Assembly: GCA_951406725.2 (NCBI GenBank)
Contig: OX597824.1
Location: forward strand, 73,222,001 to 73,286,000
Source: Octopus vulgaris
Taxonomy: Eukaryota
Direction of reading: 5' to 3'
DNA length: 64,000 nucleotides
Shown: in pieces, positions 28,411 to 42,313 of the stretch
How the letters are laid out: every line of letters starts with the position of its first letter
Numbering within the stretch: position 1 is the first letter of the stretch
Position numbers and translations under genes: made by a program
The notes under the pieces: generated by a model
Seen by the model: the letters and a program-made list of their open reading frames with translations, nothing else
What the model was told of the DNA's origin: nothing
Databases searched by the model: none

Positions 28411-29793
28411 GGGAGCCGCGAAGACCCGCTTAACTACCGACCGGTTTCCCTTACATCAATAATCAGCAAGATGTTCGAAACCATCCTTAAGAAAAGTATG
28501 ATGCTCCACCTCCAAAACACAGCCTCTATCTCTGATTCCCAACATGGCTTCGTGCCGAAGAGATCATGCTTGACCAACTTACTGGTAATGGAAGAATTGG
28601 TGACGCGCATCCTTTGATGATAGTGATGCTGTTGACATCGTTTTATTGGACTTTGCCAAAGCTTTTGACTCGGTAAACCACCGCCTATTACTTGTCAAGC
28701 TTCAAGCATATAGTTTCCATCCGGATATTGTACGATGGGTTGGTGCCTTCCTCTCAGATTGCTCCCTCCAAGTCCAAGTTAATGGTTCGCGGTCCGACGT
28801 CTCCAGTGCGAGCAGTGGCGTGCCTCAAGGTTCAGTGCTTGGGCCCTTATTGTTCTTAGTCTTCATAAATGACTTGCCCGATGACCTCACGCAACACACC
28901 CTTCTATTTGCTGACGATGTCAAACTGGTCGCTCCTCGCGGTGATATAGAGGATCTTCGTCGATGCCTCCACCAAATTTGGAGGTGGTCTAATGAATGGG
29001 ACCTGTGTCTGAACGTGTCAAAGTGCTGTCATCTGCCTGTTGGCTCTCCTCCTGCAACTCAACTTGATTTCGAGCCGGGTCGTCTGCTGCTGGAGAGGAC
29101 CGATCAGGTAAAGGACCTGGGTATCTTGGTGGATTCCTCCTTTTCGCCTTCGGCCCAGTGCGTCCATGCTGCCAACAAAGCACGTGGAATTCTGTTCTTG
29201 ATTCGACGGTCATTCGGAATGCTCACAGCAGCCATATTCCTACCACTCTATGTCACGCTGGTGAGACCCATATTGGAGTACGGGATTCAAGCCTCTTCTC
29301 CTTATCTCCTCAAAGACATACAGCATCTCGAAAGAGTCCAGAAGCTGGCTACCCGCATGGTTCATGGTCTCAAAAATTTGTCCTACGAAGAAAGGCTGAG
29401 GACGCTCGACCTTTATTCTCTTGAAAAACGCTGCCGCCGTGGTAATCTCATTCTCGCCCACAACATCATAAGCGGAAAGTGTAACCTCTCGAAAGAGCTG
29501 TTCTTCACTCCTGCTCCAGAGCGTCGGCTGCGGGGTCATTCCGAAAAGCTCTACCTGCGACGATTTCATCTCAATCGAAGGAGAGGAGCTTTCTCCGTCC
29601 GGGTTGCGGATCCGTGGAACAAGCTGCCAGACGAGATGGTGAAGATGCCGACGACCGCTTTGTTCAAAGCCTCCCTTGACCTCAAGTGGCCTGAACTCTT
29701 TACATGAACACCACCCTGTACTTAACTCCATGCCCCCCTACATGGCCTTGCTATTTGCTTTTGAGCCAAATTAACTAACTAACTAACTAACTA
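28411..29793 (+). mobile_element. Young 5'-truncated CR1-group LINE (RT ORF 28646-29707, (AACT)n tail)
   Basis: NYRPVSLTS, DFAKAFDSV, GVPQGSVLGPLLF, LFADD; single frameshift near 28612; splits an older repeat at CATGGTTTC|TACAGCTGG. Confidence 0.92.
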
Positions 29794-31737
29794 CAGCTGG
29801 ATGCCCTTCCTGATGCCAACCACTCTGAGTGCCACCATACACATCTGTAATATCATTGCACTCATCTTTCTTGCACACGTTGACTGATATTCAGTACCTA
29901 GCTGCTCTCTCAGAACAGTTTTGCTGTGTCTTTATATACAGGTACATCTCATCTCATCTTCTTTGCCCACTTATTCCTGAAAAGGTCATGGGGGAAGAGT
30001 CCTCAAGCACGCCTTCCACCAGGTCCTGTCAGAAACAGGGCAATTGTCTTCAATTGATCCAGCTGAGTCCAAGCATGACCAACTGAACTTATAACTATTA
30101 TCCAATAATCTTGCTTGTGATCAATCCCTGAGCCTCCTGATGGTTGGTTTTGCTCATAAAACCTTTACAACAATTTTTTCCTGGGACTTTCTTCCCACAT
30201 GTCCATAGTTTTGGAGCCATGATCTCTCAACTGTGAGAAGTCACAGCTCTACCAAGAGTGCCTCTCTGATTTTCAAGTTACACACTCTATCGAGTAACAT
30301 TACTCTAGCTCCCAGTTAGCCTTCCTTTGATATTGCTGCACCTCTTATGTGTTAGCCTTCCTTTGATATTGCTGCAACTTATAAAATTCTTCATTACTTT
30401 CAAAATTAGTTGAAACAAAGCCAATATATTTCAAGAGAAATATGGTAACAAAGGAGTTCAAATTTCTGACCCTGAGCCAATATTAGATGCCCTCCTCCTC
30501 CTCCTCCTCCTCCTCTTCCACGTCATTGTCATCGTCGTCATCATCATCATCATCATCCACAGCAGTAGTAGTAATAGTAGTCAGTGACACTATCGCTAGA
30601 ATGTCAGACAAAATGCCTTGCAATATTTAGTTTTAGCCATTTTCCATTCCAAGTTCAAATCCTAATAATGTTGACTTTGATTTTCTTCCTTTTCAACTAA
30701 AAGCAAAAATGAAGTACCGCTCAAGTATTGAATTCAATTACTATTTCCCTCTTTGTATTCCCCCAACAAAAAAAAATATCTTTGTCCTTGTATCAAAGTT
30801 AGTGGAAGCACATGGCTTAATGGTTAGGGTGTTAGACTCATGATCGTAAGATTGTGGTTTCAATTCCTGGACTGAGCATTGTGTTCTTGAGCAAAACACC
30901 TCATTTCACTTTGCTCCAGTCTACACAGCTGGCAAAATGAATAACCCTTCAAAGGACCGGCTTCCCATCCAGGTGGGGAATATATACACCATTGAAACTG
31001 GGAAACTGGGGCCTGGCTTGAGAAGGAAACATTTATTATTTTTTTTTATGAGTCAAAGTTGGACATATTTATTATTATTGTTTTTGTTGTTGTTTTAATT
31101 CAACTCTCCACCCAACTTCCTCACTCTCTATACAACACCTCACTCTCCAGTCAACACCCTTGCTCTCCACTCAACACCTCTCTTCATCCAACACGTCACT
31201 TTCCACTTAACAACTTGATTCTTGATCCAACTCCCTTACTCTGCAATAAAAAGTTTGATCATATTTCTAATTCACACACACACACACATTGGATTAGACA
31301 CACACATCATCACAACCACCATCAAGTGACCACTGGTCAAGCAACCTGTTTCTTTTTCTCACTCCTCCACGCATACTTACACTCACACTTGTGTACATAC
31401 AAACATACACAAGTCACACTCACTTACACACACACACACACACTCACACACACACATACATACACACACACGTGCACGCACACACACACATGCGCATATG
31501 TATGCGTGTGTGTCTTGCAAGCAACATGGCAATTTCACTAGTACTGGCACCACATAAAGTTCCACCCAACTTGGTAAAGTGGTTGTCATTAGGAAGGACA
31601 CCTAACCAAAGAAAGCATGCCAAAGCAGACATTGGAAGTCAACATGGTCCTCATGATCATCGGATCCTGTAAACCCATCCAACCCATGCTAGCACGGAAG
31701 ACAGATATTAGATGATGATGACAATAAATATGTGTGC

Positions 31738-32185
31738 AAAGGTGGTGAACTGGCAGAAATGGTAGAACACCAGGCAAAATGCTTGGTGGTATTTCGTCTG
31801 TCTTTCGTCTGCCGCTACGTTCTGAGTTCAAATTCCACCGAGGTCAACTTTGGCTTTCATCCTTTCAGGGTCAATTAAATAAGTAAAAGTTATGCACTGG
31901 GGTCGATGTAATCGACTTAATCCCTTTGCCTGTCCTTGTTTGTCCCCTCTATGTTTAGCCCCTTGTGGGCAATAAAGAAATAAGAAACATTAGAAAGCCA
32001 GGCGAAATGCTTGGCAGTATTTCGTCTGTCCTTACATTCTGAGTTCAAATTCCATCGAGGTCGACTTTGCCTTACATCCTTTCAAGGTCGATAAATTAAG
32101 TACCAGTTGTATACTGGGGTCGATCTAATCGACTGCCCCCCCTCCCCCAAAATTTCAGGCTTTGGGCCTAGAGTAGAAAAGATTA
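31738..32185 (+). mobile_element. SINE family C dimer
   Basis: Two tandem core units. Confidence 0.8.
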
Positions 32186-33154
32186 ACTATAAGTACCTGT
32201 GTGTGTGTGTGTATGCATGTGTGTGTTTGTGCGTTATCCATGTATACATACACATAGCAGAACTCATTACACTCATGTACACCCCCTACTATGAGGACAT
32301 TTAACATGCTACAAATAGCAGTCAAATCTCCCTCAGACCTAACTCAAAAACAAATCCTAGAGACACTATTTTATGCTAAAAATGAAGATGGAAGGCTCAC
32401 AGTTGGAACACATTTGATTATAGAGCCACTCAATCAAGGCTGATCAATAACTAAGTATCAATACTACCACTGCTACTGACAGCAATGACATTGATGATAG
32501 TATTGTTTCTTGGTTATTGATTCTCATCACCATTGTATTGGCAAATAAATTCATCAACATGAACTATCAAGGAAGCCCTTACGTAACAATTTGACTTCCT
32601 AGAAATAGCAACCAAATTTCTCTCAAAATCATGCCATGTATTATCAACAAAATAGCATGGTGAATAATGTGGTTCTGAGAAGCTTGCACATTGAAAAAAA
32701 AATATGATGGAATGGTCATGGCTGGAATACCTTTGATCACAGATCTGCTTGATCACTGGAGGGGTAGATGGACTTGGGTAGTATAATAACAATTTAAGGC
32801 GGCGAGCTGGTAGAAACGTTGGCATGCCGGGCGAAATGCTTAACAGTATTTCGTCTGTCTTGACGTTCTGAGTTCAAATTCTGCCGAGGTCGACTTTGCC
32901 TTTCATCCTGTCGGGGTTGATTAAATAAGTACCAGTTACGCACTGGGGTCGATGTAATCGACTTAATCCATTTGTCTGTCCTTGTTTGTCCCCTCTGTGT
33001 TTAGCCCCTTGTGGGTAGTAAAGAAATAGGTATAATAACAATTGCAACATCAATATCTCCTCTCTCCCCACCAGCACCACCGCCACAACCACACACCATC
33101 CCAAATCTAACCTGTTCTCATTGTCTCCTTGTTTTTTCCCACCTTTCGTGTTAG

Positions 33155-33250
<96 letters not shown>

Positions 33251-33255
33251 TAGCT

Positions 33256-33270
33256 GTTGCCAATGGCAAC
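33256..33270. promoter_or_regulatory. RFX X-box-like palindrome GTTGCC-AAT-GGCAAC
   Basis: Exact fit to GTNRCC(N0-3)RGYAAC, intronic, in a cilia-associated kinase family gene. Confidence 0.45.
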
Positions 33271-33639
33271 TCATTTTTTTCCATTTCTCTTTATTTATTT
33301 ATTGAATCTGTAAACAAATAACCCACCACCACCACCACCAAATACACAAACATACAGCACACATCCACATACACTTTTTGTAAACTATTCTTGTACCTTA
33401 TCCACTCCTTTGTGGAATGGCAGAATTGTTAAAGTGTCAGAAAAAAATTCCTTGTGGTATTTCATCAAGCACTTTATGTTCTGACTCCGAATCCTGCTGA
33501 GGTCAACTTTGCTTTTCACCTTCTGGGGGTCAATAAAATAAAGTACCTGTCAAGTACTGGGGTTAATATTATCTACTAACACCCACCCCTCAAAATTGCT
33601 AACTTTAAGCCTAAATCAAAAATTATTATGAATTGAAAA

Positions 33640-33640
33640 C

Positions 33641-33671
<31 letters not shown>

Positions 33672-34118
33672 GAGTGAGAGAGCAGTGCATGCCATCAAAG
33701 TGACACTGGGGTAAAATATATGAAGCCCAATATACCCATCATGACTACCCATCTGATAAGGGTACACCAGGCACGAGCATCACAACTATATGTGCACGGC
33801 ATAGTGATCTCATATCAAAGTAAACAGCACATGACCTAGCAGGTGGGGCCCAGTTAGAATTTTCTTCTGGTCGAGTAACCCATCCCGCTCAAAAGGTCCC
33901 TGCATAAGGGTTGTCGAACAAAACACCCATGTCTCCAGAGGTAAATTATTCAAGCCCCAAAGAATCCCTCTAAATACATGGCTATGATGCTACCCCACTA
34001 CTTCTGCTCGTGATTAGAGATGCACATATCATCAGCCATTAAGGGACATGGTCAACTGAATATGGTCAAACAACTGACAAGCAAAACTGTGGTATTGAGC
34101 AAAATATTTGCTGTAGCC

Positions 34119-34163
<45 letters not shown>
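33640..34163 (-). mobile_element. Second copy of the (TAA)n-associated retroposon 3' end
   Basis: Reverse-complement match to about 25810-26265; (TTA)n on both sides. Confidence 0.75.
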
Positions 34164-34164
<1 letters not shown>

Positions 34165-34166
<2 letters not shown>

Positions 34167-34392
34167 TCTTTTTACTCTTTTACTTGTTTCAGTCATTTGA
34201 CTGCGGCCATGCTGGAGCACCGCCTTTAGTCGAGCAAATCGACCCCGAGACTTATTCTTTGTAAGCCCAGTACTTATTCTATCGGTCTCTTTTGCCGAAC
34301 CGCTAAGTGACGGGGACGTAAACACACCAGCATCGGTTGTCAAGCAACGCTAGGGGGACAAACACAGACACACAAACATATACACACACACT

Positions 34393-34423
<31 letters not shown>

Positions 34424-34587
34424 CGACAGGCTTCTTTCAGTTTCCGTCTACCAAATCCACTCACAAGGCATTGGTCGGCCCGGGGCTATAGCAGAAGACA
34501 CTTGCCCAAGATGCCATGCAGTGGGACTGAACCCGGAACCATGTGGCTGGGTAGCAAGCTACTTACCACACAGCCACTCCTGCGCCT
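34165..34587 (-). mobile_element. SINE family A
   Basis: Full copy; other copies at 21794-22110 (+), 35358-35790 (+), 41249-41622 (-), 51690-52070 (-), 53402-53585 (+, partial). Confidence 0.85.
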
Positions 34588-34619
34588 ATTATTATTATTA
34601 TTAATATTACTTACTTACT

Positions 34620-34825
34620 TACTGACAGTGGCAAGATGGATGAATCATTAGTATGCTGGGCAAAATGCTTACCGGTATTTTGCCCATTGCTGTGTTCTGA
34701 GTTTATATTCCACCAAGGTCAACTTTGCCTTTCATCCTTTTGGGGGGGATCAATAAATTAAGTACCAGTGAAACACTGGGGTCGATGTAATCGACTGTCC
34801 CCCTGGCCCAAATTTCAGGATGATG

Positions 34826-34873
<48 letters not shown>

Positions 34874-35325
34874 GTTAAGACAGTGAGCTGGCAGAGTCAT
34901 TAGTCTGCCAGTCAAAATGCTAAGTGACATTTCATCTGTCTTTACGTTCTGAGCTCAAATTCCGCTGAGGTCAACTTGGTTTTCATCTTTTTGGCGTCAA
35001 TGAAATAAGTATCAGTCAAACACTAAGATCAATGTAATTAAGTATCCTCCTCTCCCACAATTTCAAACCTTCTGCCTATTATAGAAAAGCTTATTATTAT
35101 TATAATAATTAAGGTGGCGAGGTGGCAGAATTGTTAGCACACTGGGCAAAATGCTTCGCAGCATTTCATCTGCCTTCACATTCTGAGTTCAAATCTACCA
35201 ATGTCGACTTTGCCTTTCATTCTTTTGGGGTCAATAAAATAAGTACCAATTGAGCACTGAGGTCAATGTAATTTAACTTACCCCATCTCCTGAAGTTGAT
35301 GGCTTTATGCCAAAATTTGAAACCA
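34620..35325 (+). mobile_element. Three older SINE family C copies separated by (TTA)n tails
   Basis: Diverged core motif three times. Confidence 0.7.
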
Positions 35326-35506
35326 TTATTATTATTTATAGTAGTAGTATGATTACCAGGTGTGGCTGTGTGGTAAGTAGCTTGCTTACCAGCCACGGGT
35401 TCATTCCCACTGCGTGGCACCTTGGGCAAGTGTCTTCTACTATAGCCTCAGGGCCAACCAAAGCCTTGTGAATGGATTTGGTAGACAGAAACTGAAGGAA
35501 GCCTGT

Positions 35507-35561
<55 letters not shown>

Positions 35562-36271
35562 ATATGTTTGTGTGTGTATATGTTTGTGTGTCTGTGTTTG
35601 TCCCCCCAACATCACTTGACAACTGGTGCTGGTGTGTTTACGTCCCCGTAACTTAATAGTTTGGCAAAAAGACTGATAGAATAAGTACCAGGCTTACAAA
35701 GAATAAGTCCTGGGTTCAATTTGCTCTACTAAAGGTGGTGCTCCAGCATGGCCACAGTTAAATGACTGAAACACGTAAAAGAGTAAAACAGTAAGTTTGT
35801 AGCATAAAGCTAGAAGCACCCACTGCTTTTCCTTCCATTCTCATGTTTGTTTGTTTGGGATTTTTTTTGTTTTTTTTGGTTTTGGTTTTTTTTTTTTTTT
35901 TTTTATAGACCTAATGACCTGCAAATAAAGTTCAGAATGGAAATCAGCATGCATCAATCTCGTTAGCATATAACGAACTGCAAATGTCATGCAAATGCTA
36001 TGCATTGCATACAGCCCCCTTCCTCCTAGTCCAACTAATTCATTTAAAATTTTTCATAAACTAGACTTCATATTCAATCAATTAGTTGAAATAATTAGTT
36101 GATATGTAAATAGAAATATGACATTCTATTGTGAAAGTGTTAAATATTTTCATAATGTTACCAATTAACAAAGTCATAATTAAAATGGCCCTGAAGACCA
36201 ATTAAAACTACATTCAACAATGATAGTGGCTAATTCTATGAACATTTTTCAAACAATAACAGACTGCTGAA

Positions 36272-36655
36272 GCTTTTTCTTTTCTTCTTCCTTTCTTTTC
36301 TTTATTCTTTATTTATTCTTTTTTTTTCTGTTTTTAATTATTTTTATTCATTGATTAAACATTTTTCTTTTCTATTTTCTTTCTTTAATTCTTTTATTCT
36401 TTCTTTCTTTTATATATTTCTTTTTCCTTCATTTAATATTTATTCTTTCTTTCTCTTTTACGTTCTTTCTGTTTTCTTTCTTTCATTTCTTTATTTATTC
36501 TTTCTTTCTCATCTTTCATTATTTCTTTCTTCTTTCTTTCTTTAGTTATTTCTTTCTGTTTTCTTTATTCATTCTCTATTCTTTCTTCCTTCCTTTCTTT
36601 CTTTTTCTTCTTCCATCATTCCTTTCTTTCTTCTCTCTACTTTCTTTCCTTTCAG
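36272..36655. repeat. T/C-rich polypyrimidine low-complexity tract
   Basis: About 380 bp of TTTC/TTTA variants. Confidence 0.9.
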
Positions 36656-36774
36656 CCAGCACATTTAAAAGCCATACTGAAGCACAGAATATTTCAATAA
36701 ATTTTTTAAAATAAATTTGAGAGGGGACAAAGCTGTTAGCAAAATAACCATAACCTAATTTACATTCATTTTAA

Positions 36775-37200
36775 AGGTAAAGCTCCCTTGCCTCAGCCCC
36801 TAGAAAATTCTCCAAGGCACAAGTCCAAGCAAGCTTGTTTATGAAAGACAAGCAGCCACCCATGCGTACCAGCCTCCGCTCTCCATGCCATCAATGTTGA
36901 ATAATTATAGCTATACCATTCTGCAAGACTAGCCTGAGTTTAAATATTCTATCGTACACCCTCACTACCTCTACGACTGCCCATTTCTCATCAAGAAGTA
37001 TACCCACACCCCTATTCCATCACTATCACCTTCCTAGAAGAGTTTATACCTATGTGCTCTCCCTGTGAGGACTCTGGCTGAAGCTCCTCTCCACCTTACC
37101 TCTTGTATGCAACATACATCAACATGTCTCCATTTAAGCATCTCTACAATCTCGCTAGACCTACATTTCAATGTGCCTACATTTGCAGTACTAACTCTGA
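36775..37200 (-). mobile_element. RTE-clade LINE relic (APE endonuclease N-terminus)
   Basis: RVSTANVGTLK...VDVCCIQEVRWRG. Confidence 0.75.
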
Positions 37201-37945
37201 AAACTGGGATAGAGATATGGGAGGTATCACAGGAAGGAGAGATGTTATTCAGCACCTGAAAAGAAGATTGGTTGTTGCCTCTACTGGGGGGTGGGGGGAG
37301 TAAGTGTTTAGGGGCATTGTAAATATAAGCGTTATGAGCACTGTGGGTGTAAGCATTACTGATACTACAGATATAAATGTAAAAATAAAAGAGTGGGAGA
37401 AGTGTGCTGCTGTGTCTGTGTTTGGTCCTCCCACCATTGCTTGACAACTGATGTTGGTGTGTTTACGTCCCCAAAACTTAGTGGCTTGGCAAAAGAGACC
37501 AATAGAATAAGTACTAGGCTTACAAAGAATAAGTCCTGGGGTAAATTTCTTTGACTAAAGGCAGTGCACAGCAATGCTACAGTCAAATGACTGAAACAAG
37601 TAAAAGAATAAAAGTATATGTGTGCATGTGTGTGTGTGTAAATATATATATATATATGATGGCCTTTCACACAGTTTCTATCTTCCAAATTCACTCACAA
37701 GAAATTGATTGACTTTGAGCAAGTGTCTTCTCTACCCCAAGCCAACTTATGCCTTGTAAGTGAATCAGGTAGATGAAAGCTGTTTGGAAGTCCATCAAAA
37801 ACTATGACCTTTCCTGTATACACTAAATATTATACAGGTGGTCAAATATACAAGAAAACAAAATAAAAAAGAAAATTAGATGTGACTTTTCAATGCAAAA
37901 ATGAAAATAAATGAAATTGTTTTTCTTTATTTTAGACCCATTTAA

Positions 37946-38194
<249 letters not shown>

Positions 38195-38884
38195 TAGCAG
38201 CACTTCTATTATGAAATAATATAATATGATAGATATTTATGTGTGTGTGCCTGTATTTGTCACTCCCACCAAAAAACTTGTAAGACAATACCTGAACTTA
38301 AAAGACATATGCTAGTCCACTAAAACATTCCTTCAGAATCAGATTCGAAAGGGCAAAGTTATAGAAGAAACTTGTGTTTTAAACTCTGTCAGTCAGCAGC
38401 TGGTCTTAAAATTCATCTAAGGACTCATCAACGGAGAGATTGTGTTGTGTGATGGGATGTAGTGTGTGCATTGATGGGACAGCTATCATCTGTCAAGATG
38501 AAGCAACCATCATCAATTATATCAATTATATATATATATTTAATATCGCCAGGCAAAGTGTTTAGTGGCATTTCACGTGTATTAATATTCTGAGTTCAAA
38601 TTCCACCAAGATCAACTTTGCTTTTCATCCTTTCGCGATTATTATTAGTAGTAGTGGGGGGGGGGGATAGTAGTAAACATACTTTTTTTTTCCATACAGT
38701 TTAGTTTTAAAAATTACTTATATTCAGTCAAATATTGTAAGCATGGTAATAGGGAAAGGAGGTTATTATGAGATCCTATTATTCCTGTCTATCACCATGC
38801 CATCCTGGTAATGACCAAAACCCAGTCTTGCTTCTATGCTTCATAACTGGTTCACCTGTTCCTATGTTTTTCTCTTTTCCTCAG

Positions 38885-38967
38885 GTGACCTGATTCCTCG
38901 ACATAAAGAAATCTTCAGTAATAACAGCTTTTTCAAGGGTTCTTGCATACCGGAACCAGACCAAGTT
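38885..38967 (+). CDS. CDKL1: CDKL1-like exon: GDLIPRHKEIFSNNSFFKGSCIPEPDQV
   Basis: Polypyrimidine tract plus cctcAG, GTT|GTAAGT donor; 83 nt; GDLIPRH is characteristic of CDKL1-type kinases. Confidence 0.95.
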
Positions 38968-39544
38968 GTAAGTGGCACACAACTACTTTTCTTTTTATGT
39001 CTGCACTGATTGTGATTATGTTTTGGTTTTTAATAAGTCAGATGAGGGGGGGAAGGTAAGTGGAGAGGGGTTTGATATGAGAAGAAGGGGTGGGGAGAAA
39101 AGGAGACAAGAATGGGGGTGAAGGAGGAGGAGGAGGATGGGGAAGAATAGAAACAAGGGAGTAAAAAGGGAGAGAAAAATGAGGAGGCTATAGTAGAAGA
39201 CACTTGCCTAAGGTGCCATGCTATATGACTGAACCTGAAACCACATGGTTGGAAAGCAAGCTTCTTACCACACAGCCATACCTGCACCTCATCCTCATCA
39301 TCATCATCATCATCATCATCATTTAGCATCTGCTTTCCTTGCTGGCATGAGTTAGATGGTTTGATTGAAACAGGTAAGCTGGAGGGCTGTACCAGGTTCC
39401 ACTCTGGTTTGGCATGGTTTCTATGGCTGATTGCCTTTCCTAATGCTAACCACTCCAAGTGTGTCATGGGTGCTTTTTTATGTTACCAGCACAAGTGCCA
39501 TTTACGTGACACTGGCATCAGTCACAACTATGATTTCACTTGGT

Positions 39545-39766
39545 TTACTCTTTTACTTGTTTCAGTCATTTGACTGTGGCCATGCTGGAGCACTGCCTTT
39601 TTAATCGAGCAAATCGACCCCAGGAATTATTCTTTGTAAGCCTAGTACTTATTATATCGGTCTCTTTTTGCCGAACTACTAAGTTATGGGGACGTAAACA
39701 CACCAGCACCAGTTGTCAAGCAATGTTGTGGGGACAAACACAGACACACAAACATATATACACACG

Positions 39767-39813
<47 letters not shown>

Positions 39814-40388
39814 GACGGGCTTCTTTCAGCTTCCATCTACCAAATCCACTCACAAGGCTTTGGTTGGCCTGAGGCTTTAGTAGAAGACACTTGCCCAAGG
39901 TGCCACGCAGTGGGACTGAACCCGGAATCATGTGGTTGGTAAGCAAGCTACTTACCACACAGCCATATATATATATATATATACTCTTTTACTCTCTTTT
40001 TTACTCTTTTACTTGTTTCAGTCATTTGACTGCGGCCATGCTGGAGCACCGCCTTTAGTCGAGCAACTCGACCCCGGGACTTATTCTTTTGTAAGCCCAG
40101 TACTTATTCTATCGGTCTCTTTTGCCGAACCGCTGAGTTAACGGGGACATAAACACACCAGCATCGGTTGTCAAGCAATGCTAGGGGGACAAACACAGAT
40201 ACACAAACACACACACGCATATATATACATATATACGACGGGCTTCTTTCAGTTTCCGTCTACCAAATCCATTCACAAGGCTTTGGTCAGCCCAAGGCTA
40301 TAGTAGAAGACACTTGCCCAAGATGCCATGCAGTGGGACTGAACCCGGAACCATGTGGTTGGTAAGCAAGCAACTTACCATACAGCCA
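39545..40388 (-). mobile_element. Two tandem SINE family A copies
   Basis: Copies at about 39545-39965 and 40001-40388. Confidence 0.85.
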
Positions 40389-40453
40389 TTATTTTATATT
40401 TTTTCAAGACGTGTGGTGACTGACTTTGAAGTTTTGGCCTGTTATTCTTCATA

Positions 40454-40495
40454 TGACTGTCTGATGAAGGCTAACTGATTGAAACATTGCAGTCA
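40454..40495 (+). ncRNA. Decayed minimal hammerhead ribozyme motif
   Basis: TGACTGT-CTGATGA-AGGCTAACTGATT-GAAA-CATT-GCAGTCA; 6-7 bp stem I (TGACTG/CAGTCA); stems II and III eroded. Confidence 0.4.
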
Positions 40496-40813
40496 CTGTA
40501 CATACTCTACAAAGAAGTACTGAATAATCCTTCAGTTTAACTCAGAAACTGCTTTTAATATAACTCAAAATATAAACATATGTATGTATGTATGCGTGTG
40601 TGTGTGTGCGTATGAGTGTGTGTGTGTGTGTGCGTGTGTGTGTGCATGTAGATAGATGGATAGACAAACAGACAGAGAGGGGAAATGCCAAAGATATATA
40701 ATCCTAAAGAAAACACTCTCGTACTTAGTCCTCTTATCTCAACTTAGCAATACAAGATATGTTTATTTCTCTTTTCTTAAAGAAACAATAGGCACTTCAC
40801 TGCTCTGCATATA

Positions 40814-40869
<56 letters not shown>

Positions 40870-41909
40870 TGTATATGTATATATATACACATACATACAA
40901 TGCACACATTTCTACATACTCACACACATACCTCTGTATACATGCATATGACACACAGCTTTAGATGCATATAAACACTCACACACACACACACTTGAAA
41001 CACACACACACACATTCAAACTTCTTCATACATACTTCTTATACAAACACCTCTACATATATACACACAACACACTCCTCTACATACATACTCACAACAT
41101 GCACACACACACACACACATACTGGACCCTTCACCCAATTTCTTCCTCAAGACACCCTCACTGTCTATCATCATTCTAACTCCAGCTCACCCTTGATACC
41201 ACTTATTTCTATTACCACCAGAAACCATTGCACTTGTTACCCAACCTTTACTCTTTTACTTGTTTCAGTCATTTGACCGCGGCCATGCTGGAGATCCGCC
41301 TTTAATCGAGCAACTCGACCCCGGGACTTATTCTTTGTAAGCCCAGTACTTATTCTATCGGTCTCTTTTTGCCGAACCACTAAGTGACGGGGACATAAAC
41401 ACACCAGCATTGGTTGTCAAGCAATGCTAGGGGGACAAACACACACACATACATATATACGACGGGCTTCTTTCAGTTTCCACCTACCAAATCCACTCAC
41501 AAGGCTTTGGTCAGCCCGAGGCTATAGTAGAAGACGCTTGCCCAAGGTGCCACGCAGTGGGACTGAACCCGGAACCATGTGGTTGGTAAGCAAGCTACTT
41601 ACCACACAGCCACTCCTGCACCTTCATCCATTAATACTGTTTTCTCCACCCACATTTTACACTGATCACACATTCTCCACTCCTGTAACTTACCCAACCA
41701 TGTGTCAACTCCCCTTTCTCTCTCTCTCTGTTTCCTCCTTTCTGCACTGTCGGATATCTCCGCCACCCTACCTATTTCTTCCAATTCATGCTTAATTGAT
41801 CATCACCTACACCCTTTATTCACCATTCCCTACACCTACCCTTCAACTCATCCAAATCTTTACAGTTGTCACCCACCTCCCCTCTCCTCTCCCACTCCCC
41901 CATATACTC

Positions 41910-42313
41910 TTATTTCTTTACTGCCCACGAGGGGCCACACACAGAGGGGACAAACAAGGATAGACAAATGGATTAAGTCGATTTTATCAACCCCAGTGCG
42001 TAACTGGTACTTAATTTATCAACCCCAAAAGGATAAAAGGCAAAGTCGACCTTGACAGAACATAGCAGCAGACAAAATACCTATTTCTTTACTGACCACA
42101 AGGGGCTAAACACAGAGGGGACAAACAAGGACAGACAAACAGATTAAGTCGATTACATTGACCCCAGTGTGTAACTGGTACTTAATTTGTCGACCCCGAA
42201 AGGATGAAAGGCAAAGTTGACCTCAGCGGAATTTGAACTCAGAACGTAACAGCAGACAAAATACCGCTAAGCATTTCGCCCGGTGTGCTAACATTTCTGC
42301 CAGCTCACTGCCT
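41910..42313 (-). mobile_element. SINE family C dimer
   Basis: Two tandem core units. Confidence 0.8.
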
